Source: Dehalococcoidia bacterium (lineage in GTDB: Bacteria; Chloroflexota; Dehalococcoidia; SM23-28-2; RBG-16-64-32). Taken from it: DNA of 64,000 bases. The stretch's first letter is position 1; every line of letters starts with the position of its first letter. The notes below the pieces were generated by a model. It saw only the letters and a program-made list of their open reading frames with translations. It was not told the DNA's origin and did no database searches. Both the position numbers and the translations under genes were made by a program. Positions 34,796 through 44,271 of the stretch are shown here, one piece after another. Location of the stretch: positions 544,001-608,000 of the forward strand of contig CAXXTF010000001.1 in NCBI GenBank assembly GCA_963665775.2, in the 5' to 3' direction.

Positions 34796-34824
34796 ATCCT
34801 AGTGATTATTGACAAACCTGTCAA
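34796..34824 (-). promoter_or_regulatory. Promoter of the riboswitch transcript
   Basis: TTGACA(34819-34824)-17-TAGGAT(34796-34801); part of the palindrome TTGACA-AACC-TGTCAA. Confidence 0.65.
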
Positions 34825-34955
34825 GACGAACCGGTGCCCTTTTTCAAATGAATTACGCGGCTGCTTCGGCTTAGCTCCTTTACGGGTGGTCGGCGAAGCC
34901 GTGATAAAGTGCCTAGCCCCTGCCGCCAGTGGTCGTTCGGCGTTACGATGAGGGC

Positions 34956-35663
34956 ATGTCAGCCAAGGATCCCCTTCAGGTGCGCCGGATGTTCGGCCGA
35001 ATCGTCCCCCGCTACGACCTGATGAACCGGCTCATGAGCCTGGGAATGGATCGACGCTGGCGCCGGGCGGCGGCCGCCGCCGCCCGGCCGTCGGCCGGCG
35101 TGGCTCTGGATGTCGGCACTGGCACTGGCGACCTGGCGCAGGAGCTGCACCGCCGGGGTGTGGCCCAGGTCGTCGGGGTAGACTTCTCTCGCGAGATGCT
35201 GGTCGCCGCCCGCGCCAAGCTGTCCCTGCGGGCCGGGGTGACGCCGCGCTGGGCGCTTGCCGACGCCCTTCATCTCCCGTTCCCCGATGACACTTTCGAC
35301 TGTGTGACCAACGGGTTTCTCCTTCGCAACCTGGCCGACCTGCCAGCAGGCCTGGCGGAGATGGCCCGCGTCCTGAAGCCCGGTGGCCGGCTCGTCTGCC
35401 TGGATATGACGCGGCCCCCGTCCGGGCCGTTCGGGGCCCTGTACCGGCTGTACTTCGGCCGCTTGCTACCCCCGTTGGGCGGGCTAATCAGCGGCGATGT
35501 CGACGCCTACCGCTATCTCCCTAGCTCCGTCGAGGGCTTCCTCGACGCGCCGACCCTGGCTGGCCTCTTGGCCGATGCCGGCCTGGCCCAGGTGAGCTAC
35601 CGGCTATTCAGCGGTGGCACGGTGGCCCTCCACACGGCCCGCAAGCCGGGACCAGGACGGTAG
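34956..35663 (+). CDS. menG: Demethylmenaquinone methyltransferase
   Basis: MFGRI..RYDLMNRLMSLG.D..WR, LDVGTGTGD, LPFPD..FD, EMARVLKPGG, AY.YL. Confidence 0.9.
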   Translation: MSAKDPLQVRRMFGRIVPRYDLMNRLMSLGMDRRWRRAAAAAARPSAGVALDVGTGTGDLAQELHRRGVAQVVGVDFSREMLVAARAKLSLRAGVTPRWALADALHLPFPDDTFDCVTNGFLLRNLADLPAGLAEMARVLKPGGRLVCLDMTRPPSGPFGALYRLYFGRLLPPLGGLISGDVDAYRYLPSSVEGFLDAPTLAGLLADAGLAQVSYRLFSGGTVALHTARKPGPGR

Positions 35664-35679
35664 CGCCTTGCTTGCCCCC

Positions 35680-36735
35680 TCATACTAGCGACGCCACCAG
35701 GTCCCCCATCTCCGAAGTCGACATCCCCATCCGTCCGGCGGAGAGCGACTCGATCTTACCGCCGGTCAGCGCCTTCACGATCGCCTCCTCGACGCGGGCG
35801 GCCGCCTCGACCTCCCCAACGTGCTCCAGCAGCATCTGGACGGCGCCGATAGCGGCCATAGGGCAGATGACGTTCTGCCCCGTATACTTGGGGGCGCTGC
35901 CGCCGATGGGCTCGAACATGGAGACGCCCTCCGGGTTGATGTTCCCGCCGGCGGCTATCCCCATGCCCCCCTGGATCATCGCCCCCAGGTCCGTGATGAT
36001 GTCGCCAAACATGTTCTCCACCACGATCACGTCGAACCACTCCGGATTCTTGACGAACCACATGCAGGTGGCGTCCACGTGTGCGTACTCCCGGCGGATG
36101 TCCGGGTAGTCGGCCTCGCCCACCTCGTTGAAGGCCCGCCACCAGGTGTCGTGGGCGTAGGTGAGGACGTTCGTCTTGGCTACTAGGTGCAGCTGCTTCA
36201 TCCGGTCGCGCCTGCGGGTCAAATCGTAGGCGTAGCGGATACAGCGCTCGGCCCCGAATCGGGTCGTCAGGTGAACCTGGGTCGATACCTCCTGCGGCGT
36301 CCCCTTGTACTGGAAGCCGCCCATGCCGCTATACAGCCCCTCCGTGTTCTCCCGCACCACCACGAAGTCGATATGCTCCGGACCCTTCTCCTTGAGGGGA
36401 CAGTCCACGCCCGGGTACAGCTTCACCGGTCGCAGGTTGATGTACTGGTCCAGCTCGAAGCGCAGCCGTAGAAGGAGCCCCTTCTCCAGGATGCCCGGCG
36501 CCACCTCCGGGTGGCCCACGGCGCCCAGATAGATGGCGTCGAAGCCGCGCAGCTCTTCCAGGACAGAGTCGGGGAGGGTCTCGCCGGTGCGGAGATATCG
36601 GTTGCCGCCCAGATCGTAGTGGGTCAGGTCGTAGCGGAAGCCGCTGCTGGCCGCGGCGGCCTCCAGGACCTTGAGCCCCTCGCGCACCACCTCAGGACCC
36701 GTACCGTCGCCAGGGATGACAGCTATTCGATGCAT
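35680..36735 (-). CDS. leuB: 3-isopropylmalate dehydrogenase
   Basis: IPGDGTGPEV, NLRP, VRENTEG.Y, KTNVL, NMFGDIITD, FEPIGGSAP. Confidence 0.88.
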   Translation of the reverse strand: MHRIAVIPGDGTGPEVVREGLKVLEAAAASSGFRYDLTHYDLGGNRYLRTGETLPDSVLEELRGFDAIYLGAVGHPEVAPGILEKGLLLRLRFELDQYINLRPVKLYPGVDCPLKEKGPEHIDFVVVRENTEGLYSGMGGFQYKGTPQEVSTQVHLTTRFGAERCIRYAYDLTRRRDRMKQLHLVAKTNVLTYAHDTWWRAFNEVGEADYPDIRREYAHVDATCMWFVKNPEWFDVIVVENMFGDIITDLGAMIQGGMGIAAGGNINPEGVSMFEPIGGSAPKYTGQNVICPMAAIGAVQMLLEHVGEVEAAARVEEAIVKALTGGKIESLSAGRMGMSTSEMGDLVASLV

Positions 36736-37227
36736 TTGGGTTCCTTTCCTGGAGTGACTGGGCGCAGTTTAGCATAGGGCAGGCGTAAGAGGGAGGTCTC
36801 GACGAACCTGGCGAGGAGAGGGTGCGCCTCGCGACCGGCCACATGACGGCGATCTTCGATGACGACTACAGCAAGGAGGGTCCCGCCCTTGGGGCGGCCC
36901 GCGCTCTTGGCGTCACGACAGAGAGGCTGGCCGGGCTGGGCATCGGCTGGGTAGGCGACGAACTCTCCGAGTTGAGCCTGGCCCGGGTGTAGGGCGGACA
37001 TTAGAGGTCAGTACCGTGTGAGGGGGCCGTCAGAGGTTGGCTGGCGGATCTACGTTGATTAGACGCACGGCCTGCGCAAAATGCCCGCGAACTCCCTTGA
37101 CCTACTGGCTCGGTGGTGCTACTTTCGCCTCAGTGATAGGTCTCTTGCAGACGTACCGAGGGGCAGAGAAAAGCGGCGGCGTTACGGCGCCGCCGTATTC
37201 TTCCGGAACACCTGAAGGCCGATCCCG

Positions 37228-37854
37228 ATGCGCATCTCCCTGATCCCCCGTAACTACCGCTTCTACGACCTGTTCGAGGAGAGCGCCCATATGCTAGTCG
37301 TGGCTGCTGAGGCTCTCGTTGATCTCCTTCAGAACTTCGAGAATGTGGAGATGAAGACCTCTCGCATCAAGGAGATGGAGCATGAGGCCGACAACATCAC
37401 CCACGAGCTCTACCGGCAGGTGAACCTGACCTTCGTAACGCCTCTCGACCGCGAAGATATCGCCGCCCTGGCCCAGCGCACGGACGACGTGATGGACTTC
37501 ATCGAAGGGGCGGCAACGATGGTGCGAATCTACAATATCGGTGAGCCCAGCGAGGCAGCGCGTGGCCTGGCCGACCTGATCCGCCTCCAGTGCATGCAGA
37601 TCGAACAGGCCGTGGGCATGTTGAGGCACTCCCGGAAGCTTAAGCAGATCCCAGAGCATCTACGGGAGATCAACCGCCTGGAGAACGAGGCCGATACGCT
37701 GTTCCTGAACGCGTGCGCCGATCTGTTTCGCCCGGAGGTGGATTCGGTGGAGATCATCAAGTGGCGGGACATCTATGATCAGCTTGAGCGGGCCACCGAC
37801 AGCGCCGAGCACGTGGCGCATGTTCTAGAAGCGATCGTCCTGAAGCATGGCTAG
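37228..37854 (+). CDS. DUF47/PhoU-like phosphate transport regulator
   Basis: IKEMEHEADNIT, TFVTPLDREDI, LENEAD, IKWRDIY..LE.ATD. Confidence 0.92.
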   Translation: MRISLIPRNYRFYDLFEESAHMLVVAAEALVDLLQNFENVEMKTSRIKEMEHEADNITHELYRQVNLTFVTPLDREDIAALAQRTDDVMDFIEGAATMVRIYNIGEPSEAARGLADLIRLQCMQIEQAVGMLRHSRKLKQIPEHLREINRLENEADTLFLNACADLFRPEVDSVEIIKWRDIYDQLERATDSAEHVAHVLEAIVLKHG

Positions 37855-37881
37855 GGGCGCGCGCAGTCAGAGGTGGTTCAG

Positions 37882-37906
37882 AGGGAGTTCGGCTCCCCTT
37901 TTTTTG
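37882..37906 (+). terminator. Intrinsic terminator between DUF47 and pit
   Basis: GGGAG-TTCGG-CTCCC followed by TTTTTTT. Confidence 0.55.
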
Positions 37907-37970
37907 ACGTTGGGAGCACGGCGCCGCGCCACGATGGTCGCGGTGTGAAAGGGCGAACCCTGGACTACCA

Positions 37971-38978
37971 GTGACAGACACGTTCGGTTTCCTGATCTTC
38001 GCCTTCGCCGCCGTCCTGGCCTTCGAGGCCGTCAACGGCTGGACCGATGCCCCCAACGCCGTCGCCACCGTCGTCTCCACGCGCGCCCTGCCGCCGATGG
38101 TGGCGGTAGGTATGGCCGCTGTACTCAACCTGGTGGGCGTCCTTTCCGGGACGGCGGTAGCCAAGACCATAGGGTCGGGAATCGTCGACCTCGAGGTGTT
38201 GACGGCGGGGGGCACAGGATTGCAGATTGGAGCGGCAGGGGCCCTGGCGGTGGTCATCTGGAGCGGCGGCGCAGCCTACTTCGGGCTGCCCACTAGCGAG
38301 AGCCACGGCATCGTGTCCGGCATTGCGGGGGCGGCCGTCGCTGTCGCCGGATTTGACGTCTTGCTGTGGGACGGCTGGTTGAAGGTGTTCACAGGCGTGG
38401 GAGCAGCGGTGTTTTTCGGCGCTCTCGGGGCATTCCTTCTGGGAATCCTCATCCTCCGCCTGTTCCAGCGTCTAAGCCCTTCCCGGATGAGACGTACCTT
38501 CGCCCCCCTTCAGATCCTCTCCTCGGCGTTTATGGCCTGGAGCCACGGCACGGCCGACGGTCAGAAGGCGATTGGGGTGATGGCCATGCTCCTGGTCATC
38601 CACAACGGCACTGCCAGTGAGGAGTTCACCATCCCTCTGTGGGTCATCCTGTTGGGGGCGGGAACCATGGGTGCCAGCACCATGCTAGGCGGATGGCGCA
38701 TCATCCGCACTCTAGGGATGCGGGTGACTCAGCTGGAGACCCACCAGGGGTTTGCCGCCGAGGCGGCGGCCGCCACGACCCTCACCATTACCGCCAGGCT
38801 GGGTATACCCGTGAGCACCACACACACCATCGGCTCCGCCATCATGGGTGTCGGCTCCACGCGGCGTCTGTCGGCCGTACGCTGGGGGGTAGCCTACAAC
38901 ATCGTCGTCGCCTGGATCCTCACCTTCCCCATCTGCTTCGGCTTGGGCTACCTCATCGCAGTGATCATCCCTGACTAG
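37971..38978 (+). CDS. pit: Inorganic phosphate transporter (PiT family)
   Basis: NG..D.PNA.AT.VST, GLPTS.SH, HG..DGQK, GIPVSTTH. Confidence 0.93.
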   Translation: MTDTFGFLIFAFAAVLAFEAVNGWTDAPNAVATVVSTRALPPMVAVGMAAVLNLVGVLSGTAVAKTIGSGIVDLEVLTAGGTGLQIGAAGALAVVIWSGGAAYFGLPTSESHGIVSGIAGAAVAVAGFDVLLWDGWLKVFTGVGAAVFFGALGAFLLGILILRLFQRLSPSRMRRTFAPLQILSSAFMAWSHGTADGQKAIGVMAMLLVIHNGTASEEFTIPLWVILLGAGTMGASTMLGGWRIIRTLGMRVTQLETHQGFAAEAAAATTLTITARLGIPVSTTHTIGSAIMGVGSTRRLSAVRWGVAYNIVVAWILTFPICFGLGYLIAVIIPD

Positions 38979-39016
38979 CCGCCGCCTCTGCCCAAGACGG
39001 CATAGGGTGACACCGG

Positions 39017-39598
39017 CTAGGTGATCTTCAGCGGCACTCCCTCCGTACAGAGGGGACACGCGTCCCGCTCGTACGTCGGGTAGTCCAGGTGCAGGCAGGC
39101 GAAGAAGGGCAGGCCGAATGCCGTATCGTTGAAGGCTTGGCCCCGGCGGTCCACCAGAACGCCCACTCCCACCGGCTCCCCTCCCGCCTGGCGTACCGCC
39201 TCGATCACCTCCTGCACGCTGCCCCCGGTGGTGAGCACGTCGTCTACGATAAGCGTGCGCTCGCCCGGTTCGATCACGAACCCTCGCTGGAAGGCGCGTC
39301 CCTTGTCTGCCCGCTCAGCGAAGATGCCCCGCAGCCCCAGGGCCCGCGCCACCTCATAGCTGATAGTGATCCCGCCTGTCGTCGGACCTGCCACCAGCTG
39401 TGGCCGTAGCTCTCGGAATCGCTCCGCTATCATCCGGCACAGCGTATCCGTGTACCGCGGGTGTTGCAGAACGTGGAACTTCTCAATGTAAACGGGGGAG
39501 TGCCTGCCCGAAGCGAGCTGGAAGTGGCCCTCCAGCAGCGCTCCGGCCTCTCGAAAGATGGCCGCTGCCGTACCCTCTGAGGCCTGCATCTCGCTCAA
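39017..39598 (-). CDS. pyrE: Orotate phosphoribosyltransferase
   Basis: GHFQLASGRHS, LIVDDVLTTGGS, LVDR. Confidence 0.94.
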   Translation of the reverse strand: MSEMQASEGTAAAIFREAGALLEGHFQLASGRHSPVYIEKFHVLQHPRYTDTLCRMIAERFRELRPQLVAGPTTGGITISYEVARALGLRGIFAERADKGRAFQRGFVIEPGERTLIVDDVLTTGGSVQEVIEAVRQAGGEPVGVGVLVDRRGQAFNDTAFGLPFFACLHLDYPTYERDACPLCTEGVPLKIT

Positions 39599-39601
39599 AC
39601 C

Positions 39602-40663
39602 TCACTCCTCGGCCGCGGCCGCCTCGTCGCCCAGCGCTATGGAGCGGTTCGGCGCCAGATCCAGCGCCGGACCACCGTCATTCCAGTAGGTTATTAACGC
39701 CTTGCCGATGATATTCTTCTCCGGCACCAGCCACCCCTGGCGCGAGTCGCTGCTGTTCTGCCGGTTGTCCCCCATCACGAAGTAGCAGGCCGACGAGCCG
39801 CAGGCGGCGATCGACTCCTCCGTGTTGGCGGGCGGTATCTCCCAGGGCCCGCAGTTGCTGCCGCATCTCGTGCTGCCCAATGTGTACGGCTCCGTTATCG
39901 GCTGCCCGTTCACCGCCACCCGGTTCCCCTCCGCTGATATCTCTATCGTATCCCCGGGCACGCCGATGATCCGCTTCACGAAGTCCCGTTCGACCCCCCG
40001 TTCCGCATCGCGTGGCGATTGGAACACGATGACATCCCCCCGCGATGGCGAGCCCCACAAGTGGTGCATCGGGTCATCCCCTGAATCATAGAAGGGAAGC
40101 CAGTCGAAGATGCCCAGGTCTATCTCGGCGTAAGCCAGCTTGTTCACGATCAGGTACTCGCCGCTGTCCAGGCTGGGCATCATGCTGGCCCCCTCCACCC
40201 TGAAGTTCTGGAAGGAGGCCCGTACCGCCAGGAAGATCAGCAGGGCCAGCAGCAGCGTCTCCACCACTTCGCGAGCCGTTATCGCCCACCGCCTTTGCGG
40301 CTGCGCGACCGTCAGGGTCCCTGCCTGCGGCTGGCGTTGCAGCTCACTCAGCCCCGCCGCTTCCTCGTACGGCCCCTCGCTTCCCGCCGGTTGCCAGGGG
40401 CCCAGCCGTCGCTCCAGTCGTGGCCCCGAACCCGGCGTCGCTCCCCAGGCGGGCTCCTGGGCCCCGGCGGACCCCCGTTGCGGCCAGTCTGGACCGAACA
40501 GCGCGTCACCCGCCGGCTCTTCGGAGGGATAGGACGTAGGCGGTGATGTCTCGCCCCAGGGCGAGGTCAGGGGGTCGTACTCCGGTGGAGGCCGACGCTC
40601 CCCCGCCGCGTCCCCTTCGCCCCTCTCGGGCCTCTCGTCGTCGAACTCTCTTAAGTGGGTCAT
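39602..40663 (-). CDS. lepB: Signal peptidase I with long disordered N-terminal extension
   Basis: GASMMP (Ser), RGDVIVF, FVKRIIG (Lys), MGDNR.NS.DSR. Confidence 0.92.
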   Translation of the reverse strand: MTHLREFDDERPERGEGDAAGERRPPPEYDPLTSPWGETSPPTSYPSEEPAGDALFGPDWPQRGSAGAQEPAWGATPGSGPRLERRLGPWQPAGSEGPYEEAAGLSELQRQPQAGTLTVAQPQRRWAITAREVVETLLLALLIFLAVRASFQNFRVEGASMMPSLDSGEYLIVNKLAYAEIDLGIFDWLPFYDSGDDPMHHLWGSPSRGDVIVFQSPRDAERGVERDFVKRIIGVPGDTIEISAEGNRVAVNGQPITEPYTLGSTRCGSNCGPWEIPPANTEESIAACGSSACYFVMGDNRQNSSDSRQGWLVPEKNIIGKALITYWNDGGPALDLAPNRSIALGDEAAAAEE

Positions 40664-40828
40664 CTGCGTTAACCTAAATTATATCAGGGCGAATGCCCTC
40701 CGTCTGAAGAAGAGACGTTTCTGTTGTCCAGGCGTTTCCCTTCTTGGCTGGTCTCCGGCCAGGGCTCTAGCCAGCGCTCTGGCCAGCGCCTACTACCGCC
40801 TCCTTGCTAGAATGGGCCTCGAAGCCAG

Positions 40829-41431
40829 ATGGACATAGACGAAGCCGAACTTATCGCCCGCAGCCGTCAGGGCGACCTCGACGCTTTCAACCGGCTTGTC
40901 GAGCGCTACCAGCGGCCGGTCTATAACCTCTGCCTCCGCATGCTCACCGCCCCTCAGGCCGCCGAGGACGCGACCCAGGACGCCTTCATCGCCGCCTACC
41001 GCGCCCTCGACTCCTTCCGTGGTGGCTCTTTCCGTGCCTGGCTCTTCCGTATCGCCACCAACGCCTGCTACGACGAGCTGCGCCGCCGCCGCTCTCGCCC
41101 TATCCTCTCCTTGGACGAGCCCCAGGGCGCGGAGCAGCTCCCTCTCGACCTCCCCCATCCGGGTCCGACCCTGGAGGAGCATGCCCAGCGCCTGGAGCTG
41201 GCCCGCTATCTGCAGGAGGCGCTGGACGCCCTGCCCGTCGACCAGCGGCTGGCCATCGTGCTCTGCGATATCCAGGGCTTCGACTATAGCGAGATCGCCG
41301 AGATCACAGGCGCATCTCTGGGCACCGTCAAGTCCCGCATCGCCCGCGCCCGCCTCCGCCTCCGCGGCCTCCTAACGGCTCACCGGGAACTTTTGCCCCC
41401 TTCCTTCCGTCCGACTAGTGAGGGATCTTGA
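40829..41431 (+). CDS. ECF sigma factor
   Basis: AEDATQDAF, FRAWLFRIATN, YSEIAEI....GTVKSRIARAR. Confidence 0.93.
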   Translation: MDIDEAELIARSRQGDLDAFNRLVERYQRPVYNLCLRMLTAPQAAEDATQDAFIAAYRALDSFRGGSFRAWLFRIATNACYDELRRRRSRPILSLDEPQGAEQLPLDLPHPGPTLEEHAQRLELARYLQEALDALPVDQRLAIVLCDIQGFDYSEIAEITGASLGTVKSRIARARLRLRGLLTAHRELLPPSFRPTSEGS

Positions 41432-42141
41432 TGTTCTGGTTCAACCGACACCGCCGACTCCGCGATCAGCTCTCCGCCTACACTGACGGCCAATTGACCG
41501 CCGCCGAGACCGAGGCCTTAGAGCGCCATCTCGCTGCCTGCGTCGACTGCCGGCAGGCGCTGGAAGATATCCGGGCCACGGTCCTGGCCCTGCGGGATCT
41601 GCCGTCGGTGGAGGTGCCCCGCTCCTTCGCCCTCAGGCCGGAGCAGGTCGCCAGACCGGCCCGTCCGCGCCCAGCGCTGGCGGTGCCGGTTCTAGCCACC
41701 GGCATGCGTCTGGCCGGCGCTGCCCTCGTCTTCGCCTTGGCCACCGTCCTCGTCGTCGACCTCGGCGACCTGCGCGGCGATAGTGGCGGCTCCGCGGCGT
41801 CGCAGGCGGCTCCCGCCGGGCTGGAGGCATCGCCTGAGGCCCGCATGGCGGCGCCCCCAGAGGAATCCGAGCGGATGGGGGTTACCGCTGCCGCCGACGA
41901 CCCGGCGACGGAGGCTCTCGCGGAGATGACGCCCGACGCCGCCCCCCTCCCAGCTCCTGGCCAGGAGGAAGGCGAAGCCGCGCCCGAGCTGCCGATGCCC
42001 GCCGCGAACGGGCCGGCGGCAGCGATAGGTTCTGACAGCGGCCTCGATCCCCTGCGTGTGGCGGAGGTCGCTATCGCTGCCGCCCTCGCTCTACTCGTAG
42101 TTGGCAGTCTCACCCTGGCCTACGCCAGGAGAAAGGTGTAA
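41428..42141 (+). CDS. Zinc-binding anti-sigma factor (zf-HC2) with TM helices
   Basis: LSAY.DG.L...HLAACVDC; coupled to the sigma gene. Confidence 0.88.
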   Translation: MMFWFNRHRRLRDQLSAYTDGQLTAAETEALERHLAACVDCRQALEDIRATVLALRDLPSVEVPRSFALRPEQVARPARPRPALAVPVLATGMRLAGAALVFALATVLVVDLGDLRGDSGGSAASQAAPAGLEASPEARMAAPPEESERMGVTAAADDPATEALAEMTPDAAPLPAPGQEEGEAAPELPMPAANGPAAAIGSDSGLDPLRVAEVAIAAALALLVVGSLTLAYARRKV

Positions 42142-42152
42142 GGTGCGAGGAT

Positions 42153-42941
42153 ATGAGAATCAAGGCTTTCGCTTTACTGACTGCGGCTTTCGCCACCATC
42201 GGACTGGTGGCCGCTGCCTGCGGCGGCGGTGATAGCGTACAGGCCGTCCCCGGCAACGGCGATGCCGGCGCGACAGGCGGGCTAGCGGCCCTCCAGAACG
42301 GGGCCGGCGGTCAGCTTCAGGGCATCGCCGTTGCCGGGGACGGCGTCATAACCGCTGAGCCCGATACCGCCTCCCTTTCCCTGGGTGTTACGGTCTTCGC
42401 CGACACCGTCGTTGCCGCCCGTGCCCAGGCCGCTGAGGCGATGAACGATCTCCTAGAATCCGTCAAGGGTAATGGTGTCCTCTCTGACGATATCAGGACC
42501 ACCCAGTTCACCATAAACCCGGAGTTTGACTACTCTCGTTCCGGCGAGCCGCGGATTACGGGCTACCGGGTGACGAACACGGTCTCCGTCAAGGTGCGGA
42601 ACCTGGACAGCGTGTCCGATGTCATCGACGATGCCGTCCTGGCCGTGGGCGACCCCATCCGCATCGGCGGCATCTCCTTCACCGTCGATGACCCCACCCC
42701 GTTCCTCTCCCAGGCCCGGGCGGTCGCCATAGGCAACGCTCAGACCAAGGCTCAGGAGCTGGCGGATCTGGCCGACGTGACCCTCGGCAAGCCGTTTGCG
42801 ATCAGCGAGTCTTCCGGCGGCGGCCCCTCGCCCGTCTTCTTCGAGGCTGCAAGGGTCGCGGGCGATAATGCCGTTACGCCCATCCAGCCCGGCCAACTGG
42901 AGCTAACGGTCAACGTTCAGGTTGTTTACGCAATCCAATAG
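42153..42941 (+). CDS. SIMPL (DUF541) lipoprotein
   Basis: Lipobox AAAC; V.G.G....PD.A, I.T..F.I.P, GY...N.V.V, A..KA.ELA. Confidence 0.88.
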   Translation: MRIKAFALLTAAFATIGLVAAACGGGDSVQAVPGNGDAGATGGLAALQNGAGGQLQGIAVAGDGVITAEPDTASLSLGVTVFADTVVAARAQAAEAMNDLLESVKGNGVLSDDIRTTQFTINPEFDYSRSGEPRITGYRVTNTVSVKVRNLDSVSDVIDDAVLAVGDPIRIGGISFTVDDPTPFLSQARAVAIGNAQTKAQELADLADVTLGKPFAISESSGGGPSPVFFEAARVAGDNAVTPIQPGQLELTVNVQVVYAIQ

Positions 42942-42983
42942 CAGTATCTGGCGGGTTTGTAGTGCGTTACAGGAGCGGAAGGA

Positions 42984-43997
42984 GTGATCGTAATGAACCG
43001 TAGATTGTTCGGGCTCAGCGCCCTGGTAGTGGCGGGCGTAGCTGTCCTCGGCCTCGCCTGTGGCGGCGACGGCGACGACGGCGACGACGAGGTCGCCATC
43101 CGTACCGAGAAGGGGCTCTCTGTGGCTGCCCTGACCCCTGGGGGCGGCTTCGGTGGCGATACGGTTGCTGGTGCGCAGGGCGGTGCCCCCGGGCTGGAGA
43201 TCGCTGTGCCCGCCCCCGCTGCCGGTTCTGAGGGGGCAGCCATCGCCGTCCCTGGCTTTGGTATCGACCCTGCACCCTTTCAGCAGCAGGGACAGACCGG
43301 CATCACCGTCCAAGGCTTCGGCTCCGCCACCGTTGACGCCGATACGGCCGTCCTGGAACTGAATTTCGGTATCGACTACGACTATCCGGTCAGGCCCGTC
43401 CCAGCGCCTCTGCCTCTGGATGACGCCACTTCGACCAGCGACGGGGACTCAGCGCCCGTTATCGATGAGCCGGTGCTGCCGGATGAGGTCCAGCCGATTA
43501 CCGAGGCGGAGCTGGCACCCGTTATCGACGCCATCGTCGCTCAGGGCGTCGCGCGGAGCGATATCGAGTTCGTCGGCAGCCCCTTCTACGACCGCTACTT
43601 CAGCAGCGCCACCCTGCGCGTGACCGTCCGCGACCTGGATGCTCTGGACGGCATCGTCGACGCTGCCACCGCTGCCGCCGCCAACCTGGCCGAGATCGGG
43701 TTCCAGGGTAGCTACGTCTCCTACACCGTCAATGACTGCGCCGCACTGGAGAAGGCGGCGCTGCAGGCGGCCGTCGTGGATGGCGGCGAGCGCGGGGCCA
43801 TCTTCGCCGATGCCCTGGGCGTGGACCTCGGCGCCGTCATCAGTGCCAGCCACTACATCTACTCCTTCTACGGCGCTAACCCCTGCGACCCTGTTTTCGA
43901 TGGTCCCTACCCCTTGGGTGGCATCTCCTATTTCCAGGGCCAGCCCAAGCAGGTGCAGCTGATCAGCAACGTCAGCATCACCTACGCCATCCAGTAG
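42984..43997 (+). CDS. Second, divergent SIMPL lipoprotein
   Basis: Lipobox GLAC; GITVQG.G...V.AD.A; A..LGV.LG; ends YAIQ like the upstream paralog. Confidence 0.8.
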   Translation: MIVMNRRLFGLSALVVAGVAVLGLACGGDGDDGDDEVAIRTEKGLSVAALTPGGGFGGDTVAGAQGGAPGLEIAVPAPAAGSEGAAIAVPGFGIDPAPFQQQGQTGITVQGFGSATVDADTAVLELNFGIDYDYPVRPVPAPLPLDDATSTSDGDSAPVIDEPVLPDEVQPITEAELAPVIDAIVAQGVARSDIEFVGSPFYDRYFSSATLRVTVRDLDALDGIVDAATAAAANLAEIGFQGSYVSYTVNDCAALEKAALQAAVVDGGERGAIFADALGVDLGAVISASHYIYSFYGANPCDPVFDGPYPLGGISYFQGQPKQVQLISNVSITYAIQ

Positions 43998-44004
43998 CCA
44001 CTTC

Positions 44005-44040
44005 GTGTGGGGGCCGGAACGAATGTCCCGGCCCCCACAC
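44005..44040 (+). terminator. Hairpin ending the ECF/SIMPL operon
   Basis: GTGTGGGGGCCGG...CCGGCCCCCACAC. Confidence 0.7.
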
Positions 44041-44271
44041 GGCAACTCCGGCGTTGACTAATCGGGTCTCCCTCTGCCACAATTTCCCCGCTATGACCGT
44101 CCTCAGCTTCCTCCGCATGTCCACCCCCGTAGACCGGCCCCACTCCTTCCCGTGTCTATCAGGATTTCCCGCCTGACTCCTCCTGAGCGGCGCCACGGCG
44201 CTCTTTCGACAGGCTCAGCCCGGGCGGGCGTCTAGGTTCCAGGCTCCCGCGTCTGCGATAATGTTCACGCT

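Noticed and set aside
36740-37220. Long leuB/DUF47 intergenic region checked for a T-box, Leu attenuator or real ORF
   Set aside because: No T-box motif or Leu-rich leader peptide; the 92-aa ORF has no recognisable features.
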